Notes: a model not told the origin generated them from the letters alone. A stretch of DNA of 64,000 nt from Deinococcus sp. (GCA_965261005.1 OZ253375.1:1984001-2048000), one strand, 5' to 3'; positions 45,974-56,754 are shown, counted from the first letter of the stretch. Numbers and translations are program-made.

Positions 45974-46369
45974 TCAGCCGAGCTTGACCAAGTCGAGATC
46001 GGTGTGGACGAAGTCTTCGCCCTTGTAGGCCAGCGGCTGCCCGGTGACCTTGGCGAGCGCGTAGCTGACACAGTCCCCGAAGTTGAGTTGGGCAGGGCTG
46101 CCCTGTCCTTTGCCGAAGCGAGCATAAGCGAGGCGAGCTTCGCGCGCGTGTTCGGCGGCGAAGGCAACGACTTCGATGTTTAAACGCTCTGCCAATTCGC
46201 CCACGTTCCCGCTGTCAAAACCGTGCTTCGCGCCGTAGACAATTTCCGTTTCCAAAAGTGTTGGGGCAGCAATGAGCAATTCTGCGGCTTGATCCAGCCT
46301 GTTCAGCGTTGCGGCGGCCTTTGGCTCTGCGAACAGAAGTTGCAGCAAGACGCTGCTGTCAACGACCAT
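45974..46369 (-). CDS. vapC: VapC PIN-domain toxin
   Basis: VVDSS, LNFGDCVSYA, KGEDF.HTD. Confidence 0.92.
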   Translation of the reverse strand: MVVDSSVLLQLLFAEPKAAATLNRLDQAAELLIAAPTLLETEIVYGAKHGFDSGNVGELAERLNIEVVAFAAEHAREARLAYARFGKGQGSPAQLNFGDCVSYALAKVTGQPLAYKGEDFVHTDLDLVKLG

Positions 46370-46617
46370 CAAAACCCCAGCAGTTCTTCTTGCTCTTGTT
46401 TGGTCGGCGCGCGCCCGCGTATCTCGGGCGTGAGCTGAGGCCACACGTGCGTCTCCAGCCAGTTGAGCGTCCGTTCGGCCCTGTTGTGTGTCTTGAGTTC
46501 CTCCAAACGACGCTCCAGGGCGACGGTAACGGCCTTGACCTTGCTTTCGCCGGTTCGTTCGAGGATGTCCTCAAGCAGTTCGGCCACACGGTCACTTTTG
46601 ATGCTGGTCTGTTTCAT
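46369..46617 (-). CDS. vapB: VapB antitoxin
   Basis: SIKS...TGESKVKAV.VALERRL; TGATG coupling to vapC. Confidence 0.85.
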   Translation of the reverse strand: MKQTSIKSDRVAELLEDILERTGESKVKAVTVALERRLEELKTHNRAERTLNWLETHVWPQLTPEIRGRAPTKQEQEELLGF

Positions 46618-46692
46618 GGTACTAAGGTATCAAAAATAGTACCAAAACCGGCAATGGTCGAGATGACGCTCCTCCTAAGATAAGCTCTCCCC

Positions 46693-47670
46693 ATGCCGAC
46701 CATGCGCGCCCTTCAGATTCACCGCCTCGGCGGCCCGGAAGTCCTCGAACTCGCGCAGTTGCCCGTGCCGGAGGCTGGCCCCGGCCAAGTGCGCCTGAAG
46801 GTCGAGGCGGTGGGCATCAACTTCGCCGACATTCTGACCGTGCGCGGCGAGTACCTGACCCGTACCCGGCTTCCCATGACCCCTGGCATGGAGTTCGCGG
46901 GACTGGTGGACGCCCTCGGTGAGGGGGTGGACGGGCCGAAAGTGGGCACTCGGGTGGCGGCCCTGGGCGGCAGCGGCGGCCTCGCCGAGTACGCGACCGT
47001 GCCAGTCGGGGCGGTGGTGCCGGTGCCGGAGGGCCTCAGCGCCCCTGAGGCGGCGGCCTTTCCGGTCTCGTTTTTCACGGCCTACTTCGCCCTGGTGACG
47101 CTGGGACAGGCGAAGCCCGGCGAGACGGTCTTGGTGCAGGCGGCGGCGGGGGCGCTGGGCACCGCCAGCATTCAGCTCGCGCGGGCGCTGGAGTTAAAGG
47201 TGATTGCCACGGCGTCGAGCGAGGAAAAGCTGGCCGTGGCGCGCGATTTGGGCGCCGACCACACCTTGTTGTCGAACCGCGAGAACTTGGTGGACGCCGT
47301 CAAGCAGGCCAGCGGCGGGGGCGTGAACATCCTCCTAGAGGTGGTAGGTGGCCCCGGCTTTCAGGACAGCCTCGCCATGCTCGCCTTTCGGGGACGCGTC
47401 CTCGTCATCGGCGCGGCCAGTCAGGAAGCCAGCACCTTGCGCCCGGTGGAGCTGATGAAAAAGAACCTCAGCGTGACGGGCGTGTGGCTGACCTCGATGC
47501 TGGGGGACGCGGCGGCCATGCAGGGGGCGGGCGCGGCGCTGGGCGGCCTGCTGGCGACCGGCCAGCTGAGACCGCAGGTGGGCCGTACCTTCGCGCTGGA
47601 GCAGACCGGGGAAGCCTTTGAGTTCATCTTGAGCCGCAAAAGCACCGGCAAGGTGGTGGTGACGCCTTAA
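46693..47670 (+). CDS. NADPH:quinone oxidoreductase (MDR family)
   Basis: GGPEVL, GINFAD, PGMEFAG, AAAGALG, GKVVV. Confidence 0.9.
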   Translation: MPTMRALQIHRLGGPEVLELAQLPVPEAGPGQVRLKVEAVGINFADILTVRGEYLTRTRLPMTPGMEFAGLVDALGEGVDGPKVGTRVAALGGSGGLAEYATVPVGAVVPVPEGLSAPEAAAFPVSFFTAYFALVTLGQAKPGETVLVQAAAGALGTASIQLARALELKVIATASSEEKLAVARDLGADHTLLSNRENLVDAVKQASGGGVNILLEVVGGPGFQDSLAMLAFRGRVLVIGAASQEASTLRPVELMKKNLSVTGVWLTSMLGDAAAMQGAGAALGGLLATGQLRPQVGRTFALEQTGEAFEFILSRKSTGKVVVTP

Positions 47671-47675
47671 AATTC

Positions 47676-48779
47676 TTACGCCTTAGGCGAAAGCAGCCGC
47701 AGCACGTCGCGCTGAATGGCGGCCAGCAGCCGTTCGCGCCGCAGGGCGGCCAGCAGCGCGGCGCTGACCACGATCAGCGCGATCAGGGCCAGCACGGCGA
47801 GCGCCAACAGCAGTTCTGAGCGCCACAGCCTGCTCTCCAGCGTCGAGGTGAGTTCCCCGTAGAGCATGGGAACGAATTGGCGCAAATCCCGGTCGGCCTT
47901 GGCGGCCACGCCGCCGAAGGTGTCCAAAAAGGCGGGGGTCACGGGCTGCCCCAAGGCGACGTTGTCGAGCAGTTGGGCGTGCCGCGCCGTCGAGGCGACC
48001 ACCGCGTTGCCGGCGGCGCCCACCGTCGCCGCGTGGTCCGCGCCGTCCTGAACAATCGAGTTGAGCGAGCGCGTCAGCTCACGGGTGTCGTACAGCAATT
48101 GGCCGGACGCGAAGCCGAGCCGCAGCCGGTCTTCCGGGCTGAGCGGGCGGGCGGCGAGGGCCTGGACGCGTTCACGCGAGTTGGCGACCACCTCGGTCAT
48201 GCCCGGCACGCGGTCCATCAGCAGCTCGGACATGCGGTTGGTGTCGGTCGCGGGGTCGAACACCAGCGCGGCGTTGGTGCCGATGGACAGCACCAAGTTG
48301 CGCAGCCTGTTGCTCAGAAATTGGTCGTGCGTCACGCCGGACCCCGCTCCAGCGCCGGGGGCACGCGCGGGCGTTCTCAGCGCCCCCAGGACCTGCCAAT
48401 CCTGTTGCAGCGCGCTGGCCGCCGGTGTGAGGGCCAGCGCCGGATACTGCCGGCTGAGGGTGACGATCTGGTTGACGGCTTGGCGCGCCTGCTCGGCCGA
48501 CCGGGTCCGCAGGGTGTCGGCGGCGGCCCCGGCTCGCAGGGCGTTTTCATGGACGTGCGCGGCGGCGACCAGTTGCGCGAGGGGGGACACGAAGCTCAAG
48601 CCTTGCAACTCGTGGCGAACGCGGGTCACGGCTTGCAGCTGCGCGAACGCGAACACGCCCAGCAAGACGATCACGAGCAGGTTGAGCACCAAGGCGGCCA
48701 AGCGAACGCGGTCCGTGCGCGGGCGGAGTCTCGCCGTGGGCGCGGCGGGTGGGGGCACGTGATCGCTGCTCATGTCCAT
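47676..48779 (-). CDS. Two-TM protein with large extracytoplasmic helical sensor-like domain
   Basis: GGAGG RBS; TM - about 280 aa - TM - short tail. Confidence 0.7.
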   Translation of the reverse strand: MDMSSDHVPPPAAPTARLRPRTDRVRLAALVLNLLVIVLLGVFAFAQLQAVTRVRHELQGLSFVSPLAQLVAAAHVHENALRAGAAADTLRTRSAEQARQAVNQIVTLSRQYPALALTPAASALQQDWQVLGALRTPARAPGAGAGSGVTHDQFLSNRLRNLVLSIGTNAALVFDPATDTNRMSELLMDRVPGMTEVVANSRERVQALAARPLSPEDRLRLGFASGQLLYDTRELTRSLNSIVQDGADHAATVGAAGNAVVASTARHAQLLDNVALGQPVTPAFLDTFGGVAAKADRDLRQFVPMLYGELTSTLESRLWRSELLLALAVLALIALIVVSAALLAALRRERLLAAIQRDVLRLLSPKA

Positions 48780-48905
48780 CTTCTTCCTCCAGAACAGTAC
48801 ATTCGGAACAGTACATTCAGAAACGCTTCCGGCACACGGCGGTCCGGCACACGGCGAAATGAGACCGCAGGTAAGAACCATGTTAACTTTTCCACCCATC
48901 AGCGT

Positions 48906-49694
48906 CTACCTCAACTCATTCGTCAGCGCCCGCGACCCGAGGACGCGCACCACGAACAGCAGCGCGTAGGCGAACACGACCATCAGGGCCGCCAGGGCCA
49001 GGGCCGGCCCGAGGTCCGACTCCAGCGCGGCGTAGATCGCCAGCGGGACGGTGCGCGTCGTTCCCGCCAGCGAGCCGGCGAACAGAATGGTGGCGCCGAA
49101 TTCCCCCAGCGCGCGCGCCCAGGTGAGAACCAGCCCCTCCAACAAAAACGGCAAGGTCAGCGGCAAGGTGACGCGCAGGAAGAGGGCGCCTGTTCCGGCC
49201 CCGTCGGTGCGCGCGGCGGCCATCACGTCGGGGTCGAGGGCGCCGAAGCCCGCCTTGGCCGCGCGCAGGTAGTAGGGCGCCGAGGTGAACAGCGCCGCCA
49301 GCACCACGGCGGCCGGGCTAAAGGCCAGCGAGACGCCGGCCAGCGCCAGGGGCGCCCCCAACAAGCCCCGCCGCCCAAAGGCGAGCAGCAGTCCCAGGCC
49401 CGCCACCACCGGCGGGAGCACGATGGGCAGGTCCAGCAGCGTGTCGAGGGCGGTTCGGCCGGGAAAACGGTAACGGGCCAGCAGGTAGGCGACCGGCGTG
49501 CCCAACAGCGCCGCCAGCGCGGTGGCCAAGAGGCTGGTCCACAAGCTGACCCGCAGCGCGCTCAAGGCGACCGGGCCGCTCAGGAGCCGCCAAAAGCCGG
49601 CCCCGCGCCACAGCACTGCCCCGGTCGGCAGCAGCAGAAAGACAACCAGCAGCAAGCCGAGCAGGACGGGAAGGGCCGGGAGCCGGCGCTTCAC
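48906..49694 (-). CDS. modB: Molybdate ABC transporter permease
   Basis: LPIVLPPVVAG, AARTDGA, WARALGEFGAT. Confidence 0.9.
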   Translation of the reverse strand: MKRRLPALPVLLGLLLVVFLLLPTGAVLWRGAGFWRLLSGPVALSALRVSLWTSLLATALAALLGTPVAYLLARYRFPGRTALDTLLDLPIVLPPVVAGLGLLLAFGRRGLLGAPLALAGVSLAFSPAAVVLAALFTSAPYYLRAAKAGFGALDPDVMAAARTDGAGTGALFLRVTLPLTLPFLLEGLVLTWARALGEFGATILFAGSLAGTTRTVPLAIYAALESDLGPALALAALMVVFAYALLFVVRVLGSRALTNELR

Positions 49695-50458
49695 GGCTTC
49701 AAGAAGCCCCACTTGTTCAGAATGCGCTGCCCCTGCGGCGACAGCAAAAAGCGCACAAAGGCCCGCGCCGCCCCCGGCTGGCCGGCGTCCTTGAGCACGC
49801 CCACCGGATAGCGGGCCACCGGGTTGAAGCGCGTCGGCACGCCGACTTCGCGCACGTCTTTTTTCAGGTCCGGCGTCACGTCGCTGACGTAGACCACGCC
49901 CGCGTCCGCCTCGCCCAGCTGCACCTTAAGGGCCACCTGACGCACGCTGGTCTCCTCGGACACGACGTTGCCCAGAACACGCTTCCCGAAGTCCGGTCCG
50001 TAGGTCCCGCCCGCGTCCACCGCCGCCAGCATGCGGCGGGTGTAGTCGCCCACCGGCACGGCCGCCCCGGCCACCACCAGCTTGACGCCCGGCTTCGCGA
50101 GGTCTGAGAGCGTCTTGACGGTGGGGTTTCCCCCCGGCGCGATGATCACGAGGCGGTTGCGCGCAAAAACCCTTTCGTCAGTGACCGCGCCCGACTTCAG
50201 CAGCGGGTCGAACTGGGCCGTCCCCGCGCTGGCGAACACGTCGGCCCGCGCCCCCTGCTGAAGCTGGGTCAGCAGCGTCTGCGAGCCGGCGAACTGAAAG
50301 GTCGTGGTGTTGCCGCTCGCCCGGTCAAAGGCCCGGCCGACTTCCCCTAGGGCGTCCGTCAGCGAGGCCGCCGCGAAGACCGTGAGGGGGGCGGCGCCAG
50401 CAAGGCTGGATAGCGATAGGGTCAGCGACAGGGCAAGCCAGGTCAGGGCCGTTTTCAT
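49691..50458 (-). CDS. modA: Molybdate ABC transporter binding protein
   Basis: VFAAASL, FAGSQ, ADVFASA, VPVGDY, ADAGVVYVSD. Confidence 0.93.
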   Translation of the reverse strand: MKTALTWLALSLTLSLSSLAGAAPLTVFAAASLTDALGEVGRAFDRASGNTTTFQFAGSQTLLTQLQQGARADVFASAGTAQFDPLLKSGAVTDERVFARNRLVIIAPGGNPTVKTLSDLAKPGVKLVVAGAAVPVGDYTRRMLAAVDAGGTYGPDFGKRVLGNVVSEETSVRQVALKVQLGEADAGVVYVSDVTPDLKKDVREVGVPTRFNPVARYPVGVLKDAGQPGAARAFVRFLLSPQGQRILNKWGFLKP

Positions 50459-51606
50459 GGATGTTTCCTCGGCTGGTAGCGAACCATCAGCGGCCCGCGC
50501 GGCCCGATGGTCACGCCCGGCAGCGGGGTCGGGTCGCCGCGAAGTGGGATCAGGTCGCCCCTTAAAAACAGGCCCAGCGCCTCCGTAAGCAGCAGATTGG
50601 CCAGGTGGACGCCCAAACACAGCCGGGCGCCGCCGCCGAAGGGGAGGTAGCTCCAGGCCGGCGGGGAATCCTGCCACCGCTCCGGCCGGAACTGGTCCGC
50701 CGCGTCCCACACGTCCGGGTCGCGGCCCGACAGGTAGGGGCTGTAAAGGGCCAGTGTTCCCCTCGGCAAGTGCGTGCCCTCAAATTCGACGGGCGCGCTC
50801 AACCGCCGGCTGCCGATCCAGCCGCTGGGATACAGCCGCAGCGTCTCCTTGAGGGCCGGCGCCACCCCCTCCTGCGTGCGCCACTCGGGAAAATAGGCCA
50901 GCTGCCACAGCGCCCAGGCCAGGGTGTGGGTGGTGGTGTCGTGGGCGGCGGCCAGCGAGACGCGCGTCTCGGTCAGCCCCCCCGGCAAGCGGGCCAGGTG
51001 GGCCAGCAGGTCGTCGCCGCCCCCCTCCAGCCGCCGCCCCGCCAGGCGGCGCAGCTCGGCGTTCGTGCGCGCGAAGAGCAGCGGGCGCGGCCACATCGGG
51101 GCGGGAAAGGGGGCGCGCAGCGGGGCCAGGTAGGCGTGCAGCAGGGCGGGCGGGAATTCTCCCGAGAAGTAGGCCGCGCCCAGCATGTGGAGGGCGGCCT
51201 GGTCGGCCCAAGCCAGCGCGTCGAACTCGCCGTTCGGGCGCACCCCGTCGAGGGCGACCTTCACGCGCCCCCTCAGCGTCTCCAGCGCCCCCTTGGAAAA
51301 GGGCCGGTTCAGCTCAGCCTTGCGCGCCTTGTGTCCCGGCGCGTCGGTCAGGATCACGCCCCCGGCCAGGTGGGGCACGACCGCGCTGAAGCCCCCCGCG
51401 CTGACAAAGGTCGCGGTGTCGCCCAAGAGCCGTTTGTTCCAAGCCGGGCTGTAGCCCACCACCGCCGGCACGCCCAGCCGCAGCGCGAACAGCTTGCCTT
51501 GCCGGGCGCCCTCCTCAAGCAGTTCCAGCGGCGCGCGGCCCCAGCGCGGAAAGTGCCCGGCGTAGGGATGGGCGGCGGGGAAGGGTAGGCTTCGCCAAGG
51601 TCGCAC
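50455..51606 (-). CDS. Cytochrome P450
   Basis: [30 protein letters not shown]; start uncertain. Confidence 0.92.
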   Translation of the reverse strand: MRPWRSLPFPAAHPYAGHFPRWGRAPLELLEEGARQGKLFALRLGVPAVVGYSPAWNKRLLGDTATFVSAGGFSAVVPHLAGGVILTDAPGHKARKAELNRPFSKGALETLRGRVKVALDGVRPNGEFDALAWADQAALHMLGAAYFSGEFPPALLHAYLAPLRAPFPAPMWPRPLLFARTNAELRRLAGRRLEGGGDDLLAHLARLPGGLTETRVSLAAAHDTTTHTLAWALWQLAYFPEWRTQEGVAPALKETLRLYPSGWIGSRRLSAPVEFEGTHLPRGTLALYSPYLSGRDPDVWDAADQFRPERWQDSPPAWSYLPFGGGARLCLGVHLANLLLTEALGLFLRGDLIPLRGDPTPLPGVTIGPRGPLMVRYQPRKHP

Positions 51607-51851
51607 GCCCCAAGATAGAGGGGAAGGGCGCGGCCGTGTTGCCAAACGGTCCTGTTGCTAAACTTGCTGTGCGGCGTTCGGCGTTCCAGCTCCCCCTTTC
51701 TTCCCGGCGGTCATTTTATGAACAAAGGCTTCACCCCCAATTTTTTAAGCGTGCCCCTGCCTCCCCAAAGCGCGCCGGTGCGGTGCCCACATACGGTGCA
51801 GCGCGCCGCCCAGCGCGAACTGCGCAAGCTGGGGCGCCTGACCCTTCAGCC

Positions 51852-52740
<889 letters not shown>

Positions 52741-52742
<2 letters not shown>

Positions 52743-52777
52743 AAAAAGCTCCCTCATTGAAGAGGGAGCCTTTTTTA
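52741..52777. terminator. Bidirectional intrinsic terminator
   Basis: A run - GCTCCCTC/GAGGGAGC - T run between convergent genes. Confidence 0.85.
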
Positions 52778-52779
52778 AT

Positions 52780-54102
52780 TCAGCGGCCCGTCCTGCTCCG
52801 GCCACCCCGGTTGCCGCCCGCCGTGCTCGGCGCCGGGGTTGTACCGGTGGCGGCGCGGCGTTCGGCCTTGGCCTTGGCGCGGGCGCGCTCGTCGGCCTTG
52901 CGGGCGCGAATCTCGGCGATGCGGTCGCCAATCGGCACCTCGAAGCGCTCCTGGGGTTTCGCGCGGTAATCGAAGTCGGGCAGCGTCACGCGCTCCAGCT
53001 TTTTGCCGACCGCGCGCTCGATGGCCCGCAAGTCCCCCTCCTCGGCAGGGGAGACAAAGGTCAGCGCCTCGCCGGTCAGCTCGGCGCGGGCGGTGCGGCC
53101 GACCCGGTGAATGTAATCCTCGGGGACGTTGGGGACGTCGAAGTTGACCACGTGCCCCAGCGCCTCCACGTCGATGCCGCGCGCCGCGATGTCGGTGGCG
53201 ACCAGCACCCGGTACTTGCCCGACTTGAAGCCGGCGAGCGCCTCGGTGCGCGCCGACTGCGAGCGGTTGCCGTGAATGCGCTCGGAGGGGATGCCGGCCC
53301 CCGCGAGCTTTTCGGCGAGGCGGTTGGCGCGGTGCTTGGTCCGGGTGAACACGATGGCGCTGCCGACCGCGCCCTGCTTCAGCAGCTCCAGCAGCAGGCC
53401 GGTCTTCAGCTCCTCGCCGACCGGGTAGACGCTCTGGGTGACGCCCTGTGCGGGGGCGGCTTGCCGCTCCACGCCCACCCGCGCCGGGTCGCGCACCAAT
53501 TCGCGGCTCAGCTCCAGGATGGGGGCCGGCATGGTGGCCGAGAAGAACATGGTCTGGCGCTCCTTGGGCAGCTGGCGCAACACCCGGCGGATGTCGGGCA
53601 AAAAGCCCATGTCCAGCATGCGGTCGGCCTCGTCGAGGACCAATATCTCCAAGTCGCTGAGGCGCGCGTAGGCGTGCTGCATGTGGTCGAGCAGCCGTCC
53701 CGGCGTCGCCACGATGATGTCGGTGCCATTCTGAAAGGCGCGCACCTGCGGGTTCATGCCCACGCCGCCGAACACGCTGGCGACGCGCACGCCGCTGTAC
53801 TTGGCGAGGCTCGCCGCGCTTTCCTCGATCTGGGCGGCCAGCTCGCGGGTCGGCGCCAAGATCAGGGCGCGGGTCTTGCCCCTCGGCTGGCCCGCGAGGC
53901 GCTGCAAGATGGGCAGCACAAAGGCGGCCGTCTTGCCGCTGCCGGTCTGCGCAGCGCCCAGCACGTCGCGGCCCGAGAGGGCGGGCGGAATGGACAGGGC
54001 CTGAATGGGGGTGGGCTTGCTGTAGCCCAATTCGGTCACGGCGCGCAGCAGCGGCGCGCTCAGGCCCAGGGTGTCAAAGGTGGGTTCGGTCGTGGCAGTC
54101 AT
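52780..54102 (-). CDS. DEAD-box RNA helicase (RhlE-like)
   Basis: PTPIQ, AQTGSGKT, PTRELA, DEAD, SAT, HRVGRTAR. Confidence 0.95.
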   Translation of the reverse strand: MTATTEPTFDTLGLSAPLLRAVTELGYSKPTPIQALSIPPALSGRDVLGAAQTGSGKTAAFVLPILQRLAGQPRGKTRALILAPTRELAAQIEESAASLAKYSGVRVASVFGGVGMNPQVRAFQNGTDIIVATPGRLLDHMQHAYARLSDLEILVLDEADRMLDMGFLPDIRRVLRQLPKERQTMFFSATMPAPILELSRELVRDPARVGVERQAAPAQGVTQSVYPVGEELKTGLLLELLKQGAVGSAIVFTRTKHRANRLAEKLAGAGIPSERIHGNRSQSARTEALAGFKSGKYRVLVATDIAARGIDVEALGHVVNFDVPNVPEDYIHRVGRTARAELTGEALTFVSPAEEGDLRAIERAVGKKLERVTLPDFDYRAKPQERFEVPIGDRIAEIRARKADERARAKAKAERRAATGTTPAPSTAGGNRGGRSRTGR

Positions 54103-54309
54103 AAAGAGCCTCTCTTGCGGCGGAGTGGGGGCGGTAAAAGGGCCGCCGCTCAGGCCGAAGAGCGGTTACGGATTGTGTGGGCCGACAGGGTGTCAGCGAA
54201 TATCAACGTTGGGGTCTGAAACGGGCGCGTGCCCGCCACAATAAAAAACCGGCCTACCCTCGGCCGCTGATAGAAAAAATATAGCGCGTTATGCGGCGTG
54301 GGTCAACTT

Positions 54310-55890
54310 ATGCATTTGAAAGCCGGACGAAAGTATGCATAGTGGGGCATGAAGCAGCACGTGCCCGTTGGCACATTCTCGCGCCACCTTCACTCGTACC
54401 GCGGACCCACAGCGACGACACGACATTGACCAGCTTCTCGTCGACCTTTTCGCCCCCTGATCATTTCGTCCACATTCCAGATGCAGCTGGATTGCGAACG
54501 AAAGTCTGTATACTCAGAAAACATTCAACGTGTGCAGGAGGGATCACACTAGACTGGAACAGAATGTCCCGCTTAGTGTTCTAGCGGCTGGCTCTGCACT
54601 CCGGATCGCTGTCGATGGAGATAAGCCCATAAGTGGTTGAGGTCAAGCTGCCAGTCCGTATGCGTGAGATACGCACGGAACCCCAGGGCGAGGTTGATGC
54701 GCAACATCCCTGTGTTGTCATCGGTATTGCCCGCACGCACGACCCGCCCCGCCGGATTCAAACGCTCGGCTGCCCGCAGGTTGGCGGCCTTAATCCAGCG
54801 GCCCAGAGAGTGCCGCCGATGCTCTGGCTGCACCGCGGTGCCGTGCTGAATCATGATCGTGGGTCGTTTGACGTCCCAGAGTAACTCGGTGAAGGCCACC
54901 AGGGCGCCGCTCTGGCAGTGCTCGGCAAACGTGGTAAGGCGTTGATGCCCACCTGTAAGTAATCGCTCATCCTGCTTCTGTAGGTCCTCAGAGGTCATTC
55001 GCGCGGCCTGCATGGCCCGTGTGCCTTGCGGCGCGGTTTGCATCACGTCATAGACCGGTGCAATGGCCGGCAAACGATCCTGAGGATAAGGCCCCAAGTG
55101 CGACCAGACCCGGTACTGGGGAGCGGCTTCCGCGCTCTGATTCACCCAGTCCGTCAGCTGTTGAGGATTGAGGCTTTGAAGATCAAGTTCCATGAACTGC
55201 TGCTGCATCACCAACTGTGCGCCGAGATGGCACAGCACCGCTTCGCCGCTCGGCAGACGACTGGAGGCGTTTGTGAGGAGGACCTGTCGGTCCGCCTGCT
55301 CCGCCAGGCGGGCAACATCCATCAGAAGACGTCGCGCCAAACCACGGTTGCGGTATGCCGCCAGGACGGTCAACTCGATGTCAGCTTGATGGATGTTCTG
55401 CACCTTGGGCAGGGTGACACTAGCGCGGGCCACAACCTGGCTGTCCTGCCAAAGCAGGACATGGTGGCGGTCGATGGCTGGGTCTGGTCGCTGGAGGCCA
55501 GCGATCACGGTTTCGGCGTCGAGAGGCGGATCGCTGGGCATCCGCTCAGCACGAATGGACTCCAAATGGTGCGCCAGCGAGCGGAGGTGGGCGGGAGGCG
55601 CAGTGGCGAGGTTGAGCACTTCAAGCGTCAGCACAGAAGCTCCATGTGGGGCAGATGATGCGCGAAGAATCGACTTCTCAAGCGCACCTGGGAGAGGGCA
55701 AGAGCACGTGACACGCTGCACGAGCAGTTCAGTGTCCAGGTGGGGTGTATCCTAACCGGACGTGAGCCGCCGGTCATCCGGTCAACTGCTGATGCAAAAG
55801 CAACGCGCCGACCCCCAGCGACGACACGGCATCGATGCCCTTCTCGTCGACCTTTTCGCCCCTGATCATTTCGTCCGCATGTCGATGCAT
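54310..55890. mobile_element. Putative non-autonomous tandem cassette insertion (two units)
   Basis: ATGCA cores at 54310, 54481, 55885; left-end motif repeated at 171-nt offset; about 70-bp right-end repeat 54404-54475 vs 55810-55880. Confidence 0.55.
54573..55634 (-). CDS. Tandem GNAT acetyltransferase
   Basis: V..AYRNRGLARRLL and V.PEHRRHSLGRWIK..N..M..IN.ALGF; codon usage less GC-biased than neighbours; start uncertain. Confidence 0.82.
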   Translation of the reverse strand: MLTLEVLNLATAPPAHLRSLAHHLESIRAERMPSDPPLDAETVIAGLQRPDPAIDRHHVLLWQDSQVVARASVTLPKVQNIHQADIELTVLAAYRNRGLARRLLMDVARLAEQADRQVLLTNASSRLPSGEAVLCHLGAQLVMQQQFMELDLQSLNPQQLTDWVNQSAEAAPQYRVWSHLGPYPQDRLPAIAPVYDVMQTAPQGTRAMQAARMTSEDLQKQDERLLTGGHQRLTTFAEHCQSGALVAFTELLWDVKRPTIMIQHGTAVQPEHRRHSLGRWIKAANLRAAERLNPAGRVVRAGNTDDNTGMLRINLALGFRAYLTHTDWQLDLNHLWAYLHRQRSGVQSQPLEH

Positions 55891-55896
55891 CCGGGT

Positions 55897-56754
55897 CTAC
55901 TTCAAGGCGTTCCGCCAGGAATACTCCGGGTCGTAGCCCAATTGGTCGCGGGCCGCCTGAATCGAGAGCAGCGTCCCGAACTCGTCCAGGTCGCCCGCCA
56001 CGGGAACGCCGGGAAAGACCTCGGCCATCAACTCGCGCGAGGGACGCGGCATCACCGTGTCGCTCGCCGCGACGATGAAGCTGTGGGCGCCACTCAAGTC
56101 CGCCTCCAAACTCAGGCGGCAAGCTTGGGCCACGTCGCGCGCGTCCACGTAGCCCCACAAATTCCACTTGCGCTTGGCAGGATCATTCTGAAAGTCAGGA
56201 AAGGCGGCGTAGTCGTGCGGCTCCATAATGTTGGAGAGCCGCAGCCCCACGAAGGGAATGCCCGACCAGCGCGCGAATTGGTCGGCCATCGCCTCGCCCA
56301 TCACTTTGGAGAGTGCATAGGTAGACTCCGGCAGCGGGTAGTGCGCCTCGTCCACCGGGGCGTAGCGCGGCGCCTCGTCGAAGGGCAGGCCCAGCGTGGT
56401 CTCGCTGGAGGCCCAGACCACCCGGCTGAGGCCGTTCTGGACCGCCGCCGCGAACACGCCATAGTTCATGGTGGTGTTGTCCAGCAAGGTCTTGCCGGGG
56501 GGCCACAGGCCCGGCGCGGGGATGTTGGCGAGGTGAACCACCGCGTCCGCGCCGCGCAGCGCCTCCAGCGTCTGCCCGAGGTCAGTCAAGTCAACGCGTA
56601 AGTTCGCCGCCAGGGGACGCGGCAGCCCCTCGGCGTCAAAGGGCGTCAGGTCCAGCGCCATCACCTCGTAGCCGCGCTCTACCAGGTCGCGGACCACCGC
56701 CCGGCCTGCCTTGCCGCTCGACCCGGTCACGGCGACGCGCCGGGGGGAGTTCAC
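55897..56754 (-). CDS. NAD-dependent epimerase/dehydratase
   Basis: VTGSSGKAG, HLA, ASSE, YALSK. Confidence 0.9.
   Translation of the reverse strand: MNSPRRVAVTGSSGKAGRAVVRDLVERGYEVMALDLTPFDAEGLPRPLAANLRVDLTDLGQTLEALRGADAVVHLANIPAPGLWPPGKTLLDNTTMNYGVFAAAVQNGLSRVVWASSETTLGLPFDEAPRYAPVDEAHYPLPESTYALSKVMGEAMADQFARWSGIPFVGLRLSNIMEPHDYAAFPDFQNDPAKRKWNLWGYVDARDVAQACRLSLEADLSGAHSFIVAASDTVMPRPSRELMAEVFPGVPVAGDLDEFGTLLSIQAARDQLGYDPEYSWRNALK

Noticed and set aside
54455..54475. CTGATCA and GGACGAAA suggesting a hammerhead ribozyme
   Set aside because: Core elements are on opposite strands and CTGATGA is absent
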